Assembly: GCA_902593795.1 (NCBI GenBank)
Contig: CACJJR010000003.1
Coordinates: 89,837 to 153,836, forward strand
Reading direction: 5' to 3'
From: an uncultured Candidatus Actinomarina sp.
GTDB taxonomy: Bacteria; Actinomycetota; Acidimicrobiia; Actinomarinales; Actinomarinaceae
DNA: 64,000 bases
A model generated the notes under the pieces. That model searched no databases. It was given only the letters and a program-made list of their open reading frames with translations, and was not told the origin of the DNA. The stretch's first letter is position 1. Each line of letters begins with the position of its first letter. The position numbers and the translations under genes are program-made. Positions 29,784-39,956 of the stretch are shown here, piece after piece.

Positions 29784-31525
29784 TAATATTTTCTTTCTTT
29801 AGGTTCATAATTACCCAATTCAACATCTTTATAATCTAGCTTAACTGAGTTACCATTTTTAAAAGCAAATGAATGTTTAAGCCAATTTTTATCATCTCTC
29901 TCAACATGATCAACTCTCGAATGAGCACCACGGCTCTCTTTTCTGTGAAGTGCACTTGCTACTGTTGTATCCGACATATCTAACAAGTACTCAAGTTCTA
30001 TAGCTTCTAAAAGTTCAGTATTAAAAACTTTGCCTTTATCAGAAATAGTTATATTTTGATATCTATCACGAAGGTCAGCTAATATTTCAGTTTGCTTTCC
30101 TAGGCTGTCCTCTGTTCTAAATATTTTTGCATTTTCTTCCATACTGTCCTGTAACTCTTCTCTTATGCGTGGTACAGAAAACTCAAGACTGTGTTCTTTA
30201 CTCATTAATTTATTAATTTTATTTGAAAGATCCTCCGCAGCATTATCGGATAGAGACATTGGCTTAGTAGAAGAAACATAATCAACCATGCTTTGTCCAG
30301 CACGTTTTCCAAAAACTACTATGTCTAATAGAGAGTTTGTGCCTAACCTGTTAGCTCCATGCACACTAACACAGGCTGACTCACCAGCAGAATAAACTCC
30401 AGGGAGTATAGTTCCATTTGCATCGCTTAAAACCCTTGCCTCCACATCTGTAGGAATACCACCCATTGCGTAATGGGCAGTTGGCTGAACAGGGATAGGT
30501 TCATCTATTGGTTCAATTTTGACATAGGTTCTTACAAAATCAGTTATATCAGGCAATTTTTGTTTAATAGTTTCAGCACCAAGATGCGTTAAGTCAAGGT
30601 ATACGAAGTCATTATTAGGACCTGCACCATTTCCCTCGCTTATTTCTGTAGCAATTGCACGAGATACCATATCTCTTGGAGCAAGATCTTTAATGGAAGG
30701 AGCATATCTTTCCATAAATCTTTCACCATCTTTATTTCTTAGAATGCCACCTTCACCTCTTGCTGCTTCTGATAATAAAATACCTAGCCTATATATTCCG
30801 GTTGGATGAAATTGGTAGAATTCCATATCTTCTAATGGAATTCCTTTTTGGTATAAAATTCCAGGGCCATCTCCAGTAAGAGAATGAGCATTAGAACTAA
30901 CTTTATAAATTTTTCCAAAACCCCCAGTTGCAAATGTAACTGCTCTTGCTTCAAAAATATGAATGTCACCAGTGGCTACTTCGTAAGCTATAACCCCTTT
31001 ACAAACACCATCATCAATTTTTATATCTAAAACTTGAAATTCATCAAAAAAAGTGACCCCCATGGAAACGCATTTCTGATAAAGAGTTTGTAAGATCATG
31101 TGACCAGTCCTATCAGCTGCATAACAAGCTCTAAACGCTGGAGCTTCACCTTCTTTTACAGTGTGACCACCGAATCTTCTTTGGGCAATTTTTCCATTTT
31201 CAAGTCTACTAAATGGTAAGCCCCAGTGTTCTAATTCAACAACTGAATCTATAGCTTCCTTGCAAAGAATATCTACAGCTGGTTGGTCAGCTAAATAATC
31301 TGATCCTTTTACTGTATCAAAAGCATGCCAATTCCAATTATCTTCTTCAACATTTGCTAAAGCAGCACTCATGCCACCTTGTGCAGCACCAGTATGAGAT
31401 CTAGTAGGGTAGAGTTTTGTAATGACAGCTAATTTCATGTGGGGTGCAGCTTCAATTGCTGCCCTTAAACCTGCTCCACCAGCACCAACTATTACACCAT
31501 CAAAAGAGTGTCTTACAACTTTCAC
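29783..31525 (-). CDS. sdhA: succinate dehydrogenase flavoprotein subunit
   Basis: 580 aa with VGAGGAGLRAA, RSHTGAAQGG (covalent FAD His), HPTG and RGEGG motifs. Confidence 0.97.
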   Translation of the reverse strand: MKVVRHSFDGVIVGAGGAGLRAAIEAAPHMKLAVITKLYPTRSHTGAAQGGMSAALANVEEDNWNWHAFDTVKGSDYLADQPAVDILCKEAIDSVVELEHWGLPFSRLENGKIAQRRFGGHTVKEGEAPAFRACYAADRTGHMILQTLYQKCVSMGVTFFDEFQVLDIKIDDGVCKGVIAYEVATGDIHIFEARAVTFATGGFGKIYKVSSNAHSLTGDGPGILYQKGIPLEDMEFYQFHPTGIYRLGILLSEAARGEGGILRNKDGERFMERYAPSIKDLAPRDMVSRAIATEISEGNGAGPNNDFVYLDLTHLGAETIKQKLPDITDFVRTYVKIEPIDEPIPVQPTAHYAMGGIPTDVEARVLSDANGTILPGVYSAGESACVSVHGANRLGTNSLLDIVVFGKRAGQSMVDYVSSTKPMSLSDNAAEDLSNKINKLMSKEHSLEFSVPRIREELQDSMEENAKIFRTEDSLGKQTEILADLRDRYQNITISDKGKVFNTELLEAIELEYLLDMSDTTVASALHRKESRGAHSRVDHVERDDKNWLKHSFAFKNGNSVKLDYKDVELGNYEPKERKY

Positions 31526-31932
31526 GTTACCCTCACAAACGCTACCAACACATAGGTTCCTAAAATAAAAAATGCTGTTGATGTGAAGTAAAGTCCGTAG
31601 AGGGCTAACTGTCTGAAAGATTTATTTGCTATGTTGTCATGCATGACAATTCTAAGACCATTTGTACCATGTAGAATACTTAATGTTAATAACAGCCAAT
31701 CAAATGTTCTCCAATAAGGTGTATCCCATCTTGCTGCTACAAATTCATAATCTAAGTTGAGTGTGTCATTAAAAACATGCATTATGAACATGTGACCGGC
31801 AGCTAAAAGAACTAGAAAGAGACCACTAATTCTCATAAAAAACCAAGCATAGAGTTCAAAATTTGAACCACCAATTGGAGGGGTTCTTCTTCCCCAGTCA
31901 GTTCTTTTTACAGACTTCATTTGGTTTTCCAA
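31522..31932 (-). CDS. sdhD: succinate dehydrogenase membrane anchor subunit
   Basis: 136 aa with 3 TM helices and conserved His residues. It sits between sdhC and sdhA with overlapping junctions. Confidence 0.75.
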   Translation of the reverse strand: MENQMKSVKRTDWGRRTPPIGGSNFELYAWFFMRISGLFLVLLAAGHMFIMHVFNDTLNLDYEFVAARWDTPYWRTFDWLLLTLSILHGTNGLRIVMHDNIANKSFRQLALYGLYFTSTAFFILGTYVLVAFVRVT

Positions 31933-32378
31933 TCTGGTAATGGTCTAACCATGCAGTCAACAATTGTGGTACCTGCAGAGCTTTTTTCTAGACATAATTC
32001 AAAATATGAATCGATCATTTTGACAGTTGTAGGTACAAATATTGCAACAAAGATAAATAATGCAGTAATGTTCAATGCTTTTTGATAATCTGATCCTTTA
32101 CTCCAAAGGTCTACGGTAATAATTCTTAAACCATTTATTGCATGTGCCAGTACAGCCGCCATGAGTCCCACTTCGCCAATTCTAAAATAAAAGTTTTTAT
32201 AGATAGCTTCAGCACCTTCATATATTTCTGGCCCAGCAAGAATTAGAGCGGTTGAAATAATATGAAGCAGAAGATATCCGAATAATGCTACTCCTGTGAT
32301 TCTATGAAAAAGATATAGCCACATCCCAGTTCTGCCTTTGTATACAGATCCAGTAGATACAATATTCTGATAAGCCAT
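31917..32378 (-). CDS. sdhC: succinate dehydrogenase cytochrome b subunit
   Basis: 153 aa with TM helices and LFHRITG / HAINGLR heme-ligand-like motifs. It is the first gene of sdhCDAB. Confidence 0.75.
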   Translation of the reverse strand: MAYQNIVSTGSVYKGRTGMWLYLFHRITGVALFGYLLLHIISTALILAGPEIYEGAEAIYKNFYFRIGEVGLMAAVLAHAINGLRIITVDLWSKGSDYQKALNITALFIFVAIFVPTTVKMIDSYFELCLEKSSAGTTIVDCMVRPLPDWKTK

Positions 32379-32433
32379 ATTTAATTATCCTATATTTGTA
32401 AATTAACTAATAATTATTTAGACAATTCACCCC

Positions 32434-32462
32434 TTGACATTTAACTATCGGCGTAATAAATT
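32434..32462 (+). promoter_or_regulatory. possible sigma-70-type promoter for whiB
   Basis: TTGACA (32434-32439), then 17 nt, then TAAATT. It lies about 30 nt upstream of the GTG start. This is a sequence match only. Confidence 0.25.
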
Positions 32463-32492
32463 ACACCTATGTAGTTTATTTAAGGAGCAAGG

Positions 32493-32774
32493 GTGGAGTT
32501 AAAAATAATCGACGAACTATTAGGCGGTATGCCTTCCTGGACTGAAGAAGCTAATTGTAAAGGTGCAGACGCCGATTTATTTTTCCCTGAAAGAGGGGCT
32601 TCTACTAGAAAAGCAAAAGCAATTTGCAGAGCATGTACAGTTCAAGACGAATGCCTTGAGTACGCAGTAGAACAGTCTGAAAAATTTGGCATCTGGGGTG
32701 GGCTATCAGAAAGAGAAAGAAGACGCATCAAAAGACAACGAGCTGCTGAGTTTGATGTCAGGGATGTTGGTTAA
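32493..32774 (+). CDS. whiB: WhiB-family Fe-S transcriptional regulator
   Basis: 93 aa with four Cys in the WhiB pattern (C-x22-C-x2-C-x5-C: ANCKG, AICRACTVQDEC), a GIWGG turn and a basic tail RERRRIKRQR. The start is GTG 32493 or ATG 32529. Confidence 0.92.
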   Translation: MELKIIDELLGGMPSWTEEANCKGADADLFFPERGASTRKAKAICRACTVQDECLEYAVEQSEKFGIWGGLSERERRRIKRQRAAEFDVRDVG

Positions 32775-33226
32775 ATACCAAAACTTTCCGAATATTCACT
32801 AAAATTTCTTTCAACGCCTATTTCATCGCTTTTAATAATCTCAGTTATGATATTTTCTTCATTTGTAATGTAAGTGTATCTTAAAGATATCCCAGCTCCA
32901 TCATGAAAGCATCCAAACTGCTTAGCAACCTCACCATGAGGCCAGAAGTCAGATAGTATTGGAAATTCAATATTGTAGTGTTCTGACCAAGCTCGATTTG
33001 TAGGGCTAGCACCAACTGTGATTAATACAGTATTAGTATCTTCCTTCATAAATGATTCTTGATAATCTCTTAATTCACAAATTTCTTTGTCACAAACACT
33101 ACTAAAAGGAAATGGCATAAAAACAAACATTGTTTTCTGGCCCAAAAAATCTTTATCACTGTGTTTTGTTTTGTCATGGTTGTACAACTCAAACTCTGGT
33201 ATTTTATCTCCAATATTTAATGACAT
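32771..33226 (-). CDS. peroxiredoxin (AhpE/Bcp-like, AhpC/TSA family)
   Basis: 151 aa with the peroxidatic Cys motif FMPFPFSSVCDKE and the thioredoxin fold. Confidence 0.8.
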   Translation of the reverse strand: MSLNIGDKIPEFELYNHDKTKHSDKDFLGQKTMFVFMPFPFSSVCDKEICELRDYQESFMKEDTNTVLITVGASPTNRAWSEHYNIEFPILSDFWPHGEVAKQFGCFHDGAGISLRYTYITNEENIITEIIKSDEIGVERNFSEYSESFGI

Positions 33227-33269
33227 AATTCAGTCCTTTCTTAACAAAATCATAATAGCAAAGTTTAAA

Positions 33270-34310
33270 TTAAATAGGTGGAAGGGAGGTTCTTGCTGCC
33301 CATGAAATCGGGTCTTCAATTTCAGATGCAGTTGGAATAAGATCTATGTCTGACAAAATGTCTAATGTTGTATATTGACTGTCACTTTCATTAAGATAAT
33401 TAATAAAATTATTTGATTTATCATCATAATTTGAGATTTTAATTTCAAAATCGTTTATTCCTTCATTAGTTCCAACAAGGCTTAAGTCCATAACTAAATC
33501 AATGACACTTGGATCTAAATAATTTACAAATTCTTTGGTACGTTCTTTTATTACTTGTCTATAAAAACTTAACGGTGCAAATATTGAGTCAAATATTGAA
33601 TCAAAATTAAGGTTATTTAGTTCAGGCATATTAGAAAATATTTCTTCAGGATTAGAAAGATTAGAAGGGTCAATATCAGGTTTCATTTCACCTAAACTTT
33701 CAATTAAACTTTCGTTACTTTTTTTCATTTGATCAAGAACAAATGAAAAAGGCGCGTTATATTTTCCTAGAGACAAAGCGATGAATTCAAGTGCCATTAA
33801 GGCCAACGTTGCTTCTTTATCTTCAATTTCAAATTTACTTATTCGAGATTCAAAGTTTAATTTGTTAATACCAAGTTGCTCACTTTTAGGAACAATAATT
33901 CCAAAATGACTAAGTCCCCAAGTATTTTTACTCAGGAAGCCAGCAATATTTCCTAATTGCATTCCTATGAGTGAAGATTGTGCACCACTAAAATTTAATG
34001 GACCACCATTATTAATATTTAAATCACTAAAGTCAAAATGCCGAATAGATTCCAAAAACCAATTTCCATATTCTTTAGTACTTAGTATTTCGACTTTACT
34101 AAGTTCTTTGTAGGATTTTTCTAATGACTGGTTGTTAAGTTGAATTGCTCTAAATATTTCTTCATAATTCATTTCGCTGTTTGAAAAAAGCAAACTTTCC
34201 TCAGAATCTTTATTGATATGATTATTTATTTGAGAAGCTAAATTCCAATTAACGTCACCATCATCATTATTAAATAAATTAAATAGTTGGGAAAAAATAT
34301 CGTCAGACAT
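33270..34310 (-). CDS. DUF2342-like protein (zinc-metalloprotease-like family member without HExxH)
   Basis: 346 aa. The N-terminal GDVNWNLASQI resembles the actinobacterial DUF2342/putative hydrolase family. No HExxH occurs anywhere in the sequence. It overlaps htrA by 8 nt. Confidence 0.4.
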   Translation of the reverse strand: MSDDIFSQLFNLFNNDDGDVNWNLASQINNHINKDSEESLLFSNSEMNYEEIFRAIQLNNQSLEKSYKELSKVEILSTKEYGNWFLESIRHFDFSDLNINNGGPLNFSGAQSSLIGMQLGNIAGFLSKNTWGLSHFGIIVPKSEQLGINKLNFESRISKFEIEDKEATLALMALEFIALSLGKYNAPFSFVLDQMKKSNESLIESLGEMKPDIDPSNLSNPEEIFSNMPELNNLNFDSIFDSIFAPLSFYRQVIKERTKEFVNYLDPSVIDLVMDLSLVGTNEGINDFEIKISNYDDKSNNFINYLNESDSQYTTLDILSDIDLIPTASEIEDPISWAARTSLPPI

Positions 34311-35523
34311 CTGAAGGGCGGAGATCTAAATCAAAAACTAAAGTGATTGTTTGTGAATTTCGTAATATTTCTATTTCAACAGTATCACCAGCTCTTTTCT
34401 GTCTTAACACTGTAATCAATCCATCTAGTGTTTTAACATTTATACCATTTATTTTTTTAATAATGTCCCCAGGCATTGCACCAGCTTTTCCTATTGCAAA
34501 TACATCATCGCCTGGTCCATATAGTTCCTGTATGAAGACTCCAGAAAATACTCTAGCTCCATCATCTGCAGTATCAAAATGTTGTGCACCCAGGATGCCA
34601 AGAAATGCATGTAAAATTTGTCCTTCTTTAATCAAATCCTCCACAATTCCTAGTGCTAAATTTACTGGAACTGCAAAACCCAATCCTTCTGCTCCTACAT
34701 CTGCTGTAGCAATAGCAGTTGTTATACCAATCAATTCACCATTATTGTTTAAAAGTGCACCTCCGCTAGACCCTCTAGTAATTGGTGCATCAGTTTGAAT
34801 CAATCCAAATAAAGTAACACCTGAGTTCATTGCTTCACCACCCACATCGAGTCTTCTTTGCAGTGCTGAGACGACTCCAGTCGTAACCGTTGGTGCAGCA
34901 CCCAAGGTTAATGGATGACCAATGGCTACTGCCAAATCTCCTACAGAAAGCGCTTCACTGTCACCAATTGAAATAGGTATTAAATTTGATGCTGCGATTT
35001 TTAATAAACCAATATCTGTGAGCCTATCGGATCCAATAATATCGCTTTCATACATTCTTCCATCTTCAAACACCACTCTTACTTCTGTTGAATTATCTAT
35101 GACATGGTGATTTGTCATAATTAAACCATCTCCAGAAATTACTACACCAGAGCCTCCACCGTTTGGCAAAAATTCACCCTCTTCTGAAATATTTCCAACT
35201 TGAACTTGAACTATTGTCTTTGTGGCTATTTCAGCTATAGATACTATTTCTGTTGAATCTACTCGTGGCACAACCAATTCTTTTTCAGTGACAGTTTCTG
35301 TAATGGTAACTGGTTCAGGAATTGCTATTTCTTCAGCATCAAATAATCCAAATAAATATAAAAATGATAAAACAATTGCGCTTGAAACTAATGATGAAGC
35401 AAACATAATATTTGTAGAGCTTCTTTGTTTTTCAGACTTCTTTTCAATCAAATCTGAGATATATTTTTCCTGTTGGAATAATTCTTGCTGAGAAAAATTT
35501 TCTTCATCCATACTCTCCATCAT
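34303..35523 (-). CDS. htrA: HtrA/DegP-family serine protease with PDZ domain
   Basis: 406 aa with an N-terminal TM anchor, catalytic motifs TNHHV, DIGLLKI and GSSGGAL, and a C-terminal PDZ domain. Confidence 0.92.
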   Translation of the reverse strand: MMESMDEENFSQQELFQQEKYISDLIEKKSEKQRSSTNIMFASSLVSSAIVLSFLYLFGLFDAEEIAIPEPVTITETVTEKELVVPRVDSTEIVSIAEIATKTIVQVQVGNISEEGEFLPNGGGSGVVISGDGLIMTNHHVIDNSTEVRVVFEDGRMYESDIIGSDRLTDIGLLKIAASNLIPISIGDSEALSVGDLAVAIGHPLTLGAAPTVTTGVVSALQRRLDVGGEAMNSGVTLFGLIQTDAPITRGSSGGALLNNNGELIGITTAIATADVGAEGLGFAVPVNLALGIVEDLIKEGQILHAFLGILGAQHFDTADDGARVFSGVFIQELYGPGDDVFAIGKAGAMPGDIIKKINGINVKTLDGLITVLRQKRAGDTVEIEILRNSQTITLVFDLDLRPSDV

Positions 35524-35644
35524 AAATCTTCATTAGATGTAACCAATATTTGTATGTAAATTTTTTAAACAGGTTTCATGTTTATTTTTTTTAATTTCGT
35601 ATTGCTTGAAAAATTTTTGTCTATTACTTAAAGTAGTTAAGTAA

Positions 35645-36433
35645 ATGTTATCTGTTGAAAACCTTGAAGTTGTGTATCAGGATGTAATTCTTGTACTTAG
35701 AGGAATATCTTTAAAAGTCGAAAAGGGAAAAATTGTTTCTTTGCTAGGCAGTAATGGATCAGGTAAAACTACCACGTTAAGAGCAATAACAGGTCTTCTA
35801 GATACTCAGAATGGTGACATTACTAAAGGGAACATTACTGTCGAAGGGGTAGATATTACTAATGCTTCTCCTTCAAAAATTGTTGAAAATGGCATTGCGC
35901 AAGTTCTTGAAGGAAGAAGAATATTTTCGGAACTTACAGTTCTTGAGAATTTAAAACTTGGTGGGTTTAGTGCATCAGACACGGTTCAAGAGAATGTTGA
36001 ACGTGTTTATGATTTATTTCCAATATTAAAGGGTAGATCAAAGGATGTTGCAGGATATCTATCTGGCGGAGAGCAGCAAATGCTTGCGATAGGAAGGGCT
36101 TTAATGTCAAATCCTAAGTACTTATTGCTTGATGAACCAAGCCTTGGACTTGCTCCAAAATTAGTTGAACAAATTGCAGAGCTTATAAAAGAAATTAACA
36201 GCCAAGGTGTTACAGTCTTACTTGTTGAACAAAATGCAAATATGGCATTAAAAATATCTGATCATGGATACATAATGGAAACAGGCAATGTAGTGATGGA
36301 CAATGAGAGTAAAAAACTCTTGGCTGATCAAGATGTTAGAGAATTTTATTTAGGTTTAAATTCTGAGGGAACCGAAAGGAAGTCTTTTAAAGATGTTAAA
36401 CATTATAAAAGAAAAAAAAGGTGGCTCTCATGA
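35645..36433 (+). CDS. livF: branched-chain amino-acid-type ABC transporter ATP-binding protein (LivF-like)
   Basis: 262 aa with GSNGSGKTT, LSGGEQQML and LLLDEPS motifs. TGA stop at 36431-36433. Confidence 0.88.
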   Translation: MLSVENLEVVYQDVILVLRGISLKVEKGKIVSLLGSNGSGKTTTLRAITGLLDTQNGDITKGNITVEGVDITNASPSKIVENGIAQVLEGRRIFSELTVLENLKLGGFSASDTVQENVERVYDLFPILKGRSKDVAGYLSGGEQQMLAIGRALMSNPKYLLLDEPSLGLAPKLVEQIAELIKEINSQGVTVLLVEQNANMALKISDHGYIMETGNVVMDNESKKLLADQDVREFYLGLNSEGTERKSFKDVKHYKRKKRWLS

Positions 36434-37197
36434 ACTCATTAATTAAATTTGAAAATGTCAGCTTAAATTTTGGAGGAGTTAATGCACTAACAGAAGTTTC
36501 ATTTGAAGTTCCCGACAATTCTTTATTTGCAATAATAGGCCCTAACGGAGCAGGGAAGACATCTATTTTTAACTGTGTTAGTGGAATCTATAGACCAACA
36601 ACAGGGGTTGTAAAAATATTTGATGAAGATATTAGCAATATAAAACCTGATGCAATTGCTAATTTAGGCGTATCAAGAACATTTCAAAATATAGAATTAT
36701 TTGAGAATATGACAACACTTGACAATATTTTGATTGGAGCTCATAGGCATATAGACTATGGGTCGGTATCAGGATTAATTTTTTCTAAAAAAACTAGGAG
36801 AGAAGAAGAGAAAGCCAGACAAATCGCTGAAGATATTATTGATTTCCTTGAAATTGAAGAATACAGGTATTCTTATATACTTTCTTTACCCTATGGTATT
36901 CAAAAAAGGATTGAACTTGGTAGAGCACTAGCAATGAAACCAAAAATTTTGCTTCTTGATGAACCGGCTGCTGGAATGAACAATGAAGAAACAGAGGATA
37001 TTGCTAGATTTATTTTAGATATACATGAAGAGCTAGAAATAACAGTAGTTTTGATTGATCACGATATGAATATGGTTATGGATATTGCTACAGAAGTTAT
37101 TGTGATGGATTTTGGTAAAAAATTATTTGATGGAGACCCTAAAGAAGCGGCAAAAGATTCAAGTGTTATTGAGGCATATTTAGGAGTAAGTGATTAA
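36421..37197 (+). CDS. livG: branched-chain amino-acid-type ABC transporter ATP-binding protein (LivG-like)
   Basis: 258 aa with GPNGAGKTS, LPYGIQKRIE and LLLDEPAAG motifs. The start is GTG 36421 or ATG 36430. Confidence 0.88.
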   Translation: MALMNSLIKFENVSLNFGGVNALTEVSFEVPDNSLFAIIGPNGAGKTSIFNCVSGIYRPTTGVVKIFDEDISNIKPDAIANLGVSRTFQNIELFENMTTLDNILIGAHRHIDYGSVSGLIFSKKTRREEEKARQIAEDIIDFLEIEEYRYSYILSLPYGIQKRIELGRALAMKPKILLLDEPAAGMNNEETEDIARFILDIHEELEITVVLIDHDMNMVMDIATEVIVMDFGKKLFDGDPKEAAKDSSVIEAYLGVSD

Positions 37198-39039
37198 ATG
37201 ATTACAATGCAAGAAATTTTTAATGAAATTTCTAAAAATGGTGGTTTAACTCCTTCAAGAAAGGTAAAAGAAATTGCTGAAAGATTTCCTGAAAAAATAG
37301 CATTTAGAAATAAAGAATTTGGAATATGGCATCAGATAAGTTACGAAGAGTTCTGGAACCAAGCACAGTATGTAGGAAATGCTTTAAAATTTTATGGTGT
37401 TGGACCGAAAGACAAAGTAGCAGTTCATTCTGAAAATAGGCCGGAATGGATAATTACAGATATTGGAATTCAGGCAATACAAAGCATCACTGTCGGGCTT
37501 TACCCTACAAACCCATCGCCAGAAGTTAAATATTTACTTGGTCATTCAGAATCTAAAGTCTTGTTTGCTGAAGATCAAGAGCAAGTTGATAAAGTATTAG
37601 AGGTAATTGAACACCTTCCTAGTCTTTCAAAAATTGTTTATTTTGAAAGCAGGGGGATAACCAGATACGATAATGAAAAATTAATTTCATGGGATGAATT
37701 TATTGAGATAGGAAAAGAAGAATATAAAAAAGATAAAGATTTTGTCATAAAAATGCAAGATGAAATTAAAAGTGAAGATACTGCAATTATGATATATACA
37801 TCCGGAACAACTGGACCTCCAAAAGGTTCAATGTTGACTCATGGTAATCTAGAGTGGGTCGCTACCCAGATACCAGAATTATCATTTACAACAGGTGTTG
37901 ACAATCCACAGTATCTTTCCTATTTGCCTTTATGCCATGTATTTGGGAGATTGGTTGATTTAATAATTGGAATACATACCATGGGGACTATAAATTTTGC
38001 CGAATCAATAGATACAGTTCAAACAGATTTGGCTGAAGTACAACCAAGTGTTTTTCCAGCAGTTCCAAGAATCTTAGAAAGAATGCATGCTGGAGCATTG
38101 GTCAGGATGAAAGATGCCTCAAAACTAAAACAACTACTTTTTTCACTTGCTTCAAAACTAGGGGACATTACAGCCAAACGAAGACTTGAAATGGGAGAAA
38201 GAGATTTTATTGCGAGAGTAACTAATTTCATTGCACAGCTTCTTGGGTTTAGGGCTTTAAGAAAGAAATTAGGGCTATTAAATGTTGATAATGCATTATC
38301 AGGTGCTGCCCCAATTTCTCCGGAAATTTTGAGGTTTTTCATGTCATTAGGAGTACCAATTTATGAAGGATACGGAATGACTGAAAATTCAGCAATTGCG
38401 ACTGGCAATAGGCCAGGCAAGGTCAAACTTGGAACAGTTGGAGTTGCACAGCCAGGTGTTGAATTAAAACTAGCTGATGATGGAGAAATCCTGATAAAAC
38501 ACCCTGGTGTTTTTAAAGGTTATTTTAAAAATGAGGAAGCAACTAAAGAGGTCATAGATAATAATGGATGGCTATATACAGGAGATGTTGGTGAGTACGA
38601 TGGAGAGTTTTTAAAAATAGTTGATCGAAAAAAAGATATCATTATTACAAGTGGTGGTAAAAATGTTTCTCCCTCCGAAATTGAGAATAATGTTAAAACT
38701 TCTCCATATATTAGAGAAGCAATAGTAATAGGCGATGATAGGAAATTCCTCTCCGTATTGATTGGTATAGAATTTGACATAGTTTCAAATTGGGCATTAA
38801 GAAAAAACATTCCTCACACAACGTATAGAAATTTATCTGAAAACGAAAATGTTCAAGAATTAATTTGGAAAGAAATACAAAAAGCAAATGAAAGAACTTC
38901 TTCATTATCAATTAGAAAATTTAGAATGATAACTAAAGAACTTGATCATGAAGATGGTGATATGACAGCTACTCAAAAAGTTAAAAGAAATGTTTTGATG
39001 GAGAAATTCTCAGATTTAATTGAGGATATGTACAAATGA
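37198..39039 (+). CDS. AMP-dependent acyl-CoA synthetase/ligase (long-chain-fatty-acid--CoA ligase-like)
   Basis: 613 aa with the AMP-binding motif IMIYTSGTTGPPKG, plus YGMTEN and GWLYTGD motifs. Confidence 0.88.
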   Translation: MITMQEIFNEISKNGGLTPSRKVKEIAERFPEKIAFRNKEFGIWHQISYEEFWNQAQYVGNALKFYGVGPKDKVAVHSENRPEWIITDIGIQAIQSITVGLYPTNPSPEVKYLLGHSESKVLFAEDQEQVDKVLEVIEHLPSLSKIVYFESRGITRYDNEKLISWDEFIEIGKEEYKKDKDFVIKMQDEIKSEDTAIMIYTSGTTGPPKGSMLTHGNLEWVATQIPELSFTTGVDNPQYLSYLPLCHVFGRLVDLIIGIHTMGTINFAESIDTVQTDLAEVQPSVFPAVPRILERMHAGALVRMKDASKLKQLLFSLASKLGDITAKRRLEMGERDFIARVTNFIAQLLGFRALRKKLGLLNVDNALSGAAPISPEILRFFMSLGVPIYEGYGMTENSAIATGNRPGKVKLGTVGVAQPGVELKLADDGEILIKHPGVFKGYFKNEEATKEVIDNNGWLYTGDVGEYDGEFLKIVDRKKDIIITSGGKNVSPSEIENNVKTSPYIREAIVIGDDRKFLSVLIGIEFDIVSNWALRKNIPHTTYRNLSENENVQELIWKEIQKANERTSSLSIRKFRMITKELDHEDGDMTATQKVKRNVLMEKFSDLIEDMYK

Positions 39040-39956
39040 CTCTTTTTCTTCAAGCCACAATGCAAGGCTTAGCCTTAGGTGCTGTTTATTCTTTAGTTGC
39101 AATTGGTTTAGTGCTTATTTATAAAGCAACAGATGTTTTAAGCTTTGCACAACCTGCTTTGGCTGTAGCTGGCGCTGGTATCATTAGTGCGTTAGCTGTA
39201 GATAGAGGAATTTCCTTTTGGATTGCACTTCCACTAGGAATATTTATTACAGGTGTTCTTGGTTTAATAATTGAAAGAACTTTTTTAAGAGCAATGGTAG
39301 GTGAGCCAGTTTTTTCAGTTGCTATTTTAACTATTGGTATAGATATATTGATACGAACTGTATTAGACAATTGGATAGGTTTGAACCCAAGATATATGGG
39401 AGACTCTTTTTCTCAAATGGGCAATTTTGGATCACTAAATATTGGTGGGGTAGCGATTCAATTTTTAGAACTCACTGCTTTACTTTCAGCAATAGCTGTA
39501 ATCGCTCTGCTATCAGTATTTTTTAAATTTTCTAAATATGGATTAGCTATGAGAGCTACTTCTTTTGATCAAGAAGCATCTTTAGCTCAAGGTATAAATG
39601 TTGGAAGAGTTATTGCCCTCGTGTGGTTTATAGCTGCTATGCTTGCTAGCCTATCTGGCTTTTTTATCACTGGTGGATTTAACGGCTTAACCCAAGCAAG
39701 TTTTGTCACCGCATTAAGAGCTCTCCCAGCAATTGTAATTGGTGGTCTGGACTCTCTAGTAGGGGCTGTTGTGGGTTCATTAATTATTGGTATGACACAA
39801 GGTTACATTGCTTATTACCAATTAAGTATTGAAGCTAAAATTGGATTTAGTTTTGGAACTGGATTTAGCTCATTGGCACCGTATGTGATTATGTTTTTCA
39901 TTTTAATTGTTAAGCCAGACGGTCTTTTTGGAAAAGAAGAGGTGGAGAGAGTTTGA
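39036..39956 (+). CDS. livH: branched-chain amino-acid-type ABC transporter permease (LivH-like)
   Basis: 306-aa polytopic membrane protein of the LivH family. It overlaps its flanking genes by 4 nt. Confidence 0.85.
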   Translation: MTLFLQATMQGLALGAVYSLVAIGLVLIYKATDVLSFAQPALAVAGAGIISALAVDRGISFWIALPLGIFITGVLGLIIERTFLRAMVGEPVFSVAILTIGIDILIRTVLDNWIGLNPRYMGDSFSQMGNFGSLNIGGVAIQFLELTALLSAIAVIALLSVFFKFSKYGLAMRATSFDQEASLAQGINVGRVIALVWFIAAMLASLSGFFITGGFNGLTQASFVTALRALPAIVIGGLDSLVGAVVGSLIIGMTQGYIAYYQLSIEAKIGFSFGTGFSSLAPYVIMFFILIVKPDGLFGKEEVERV

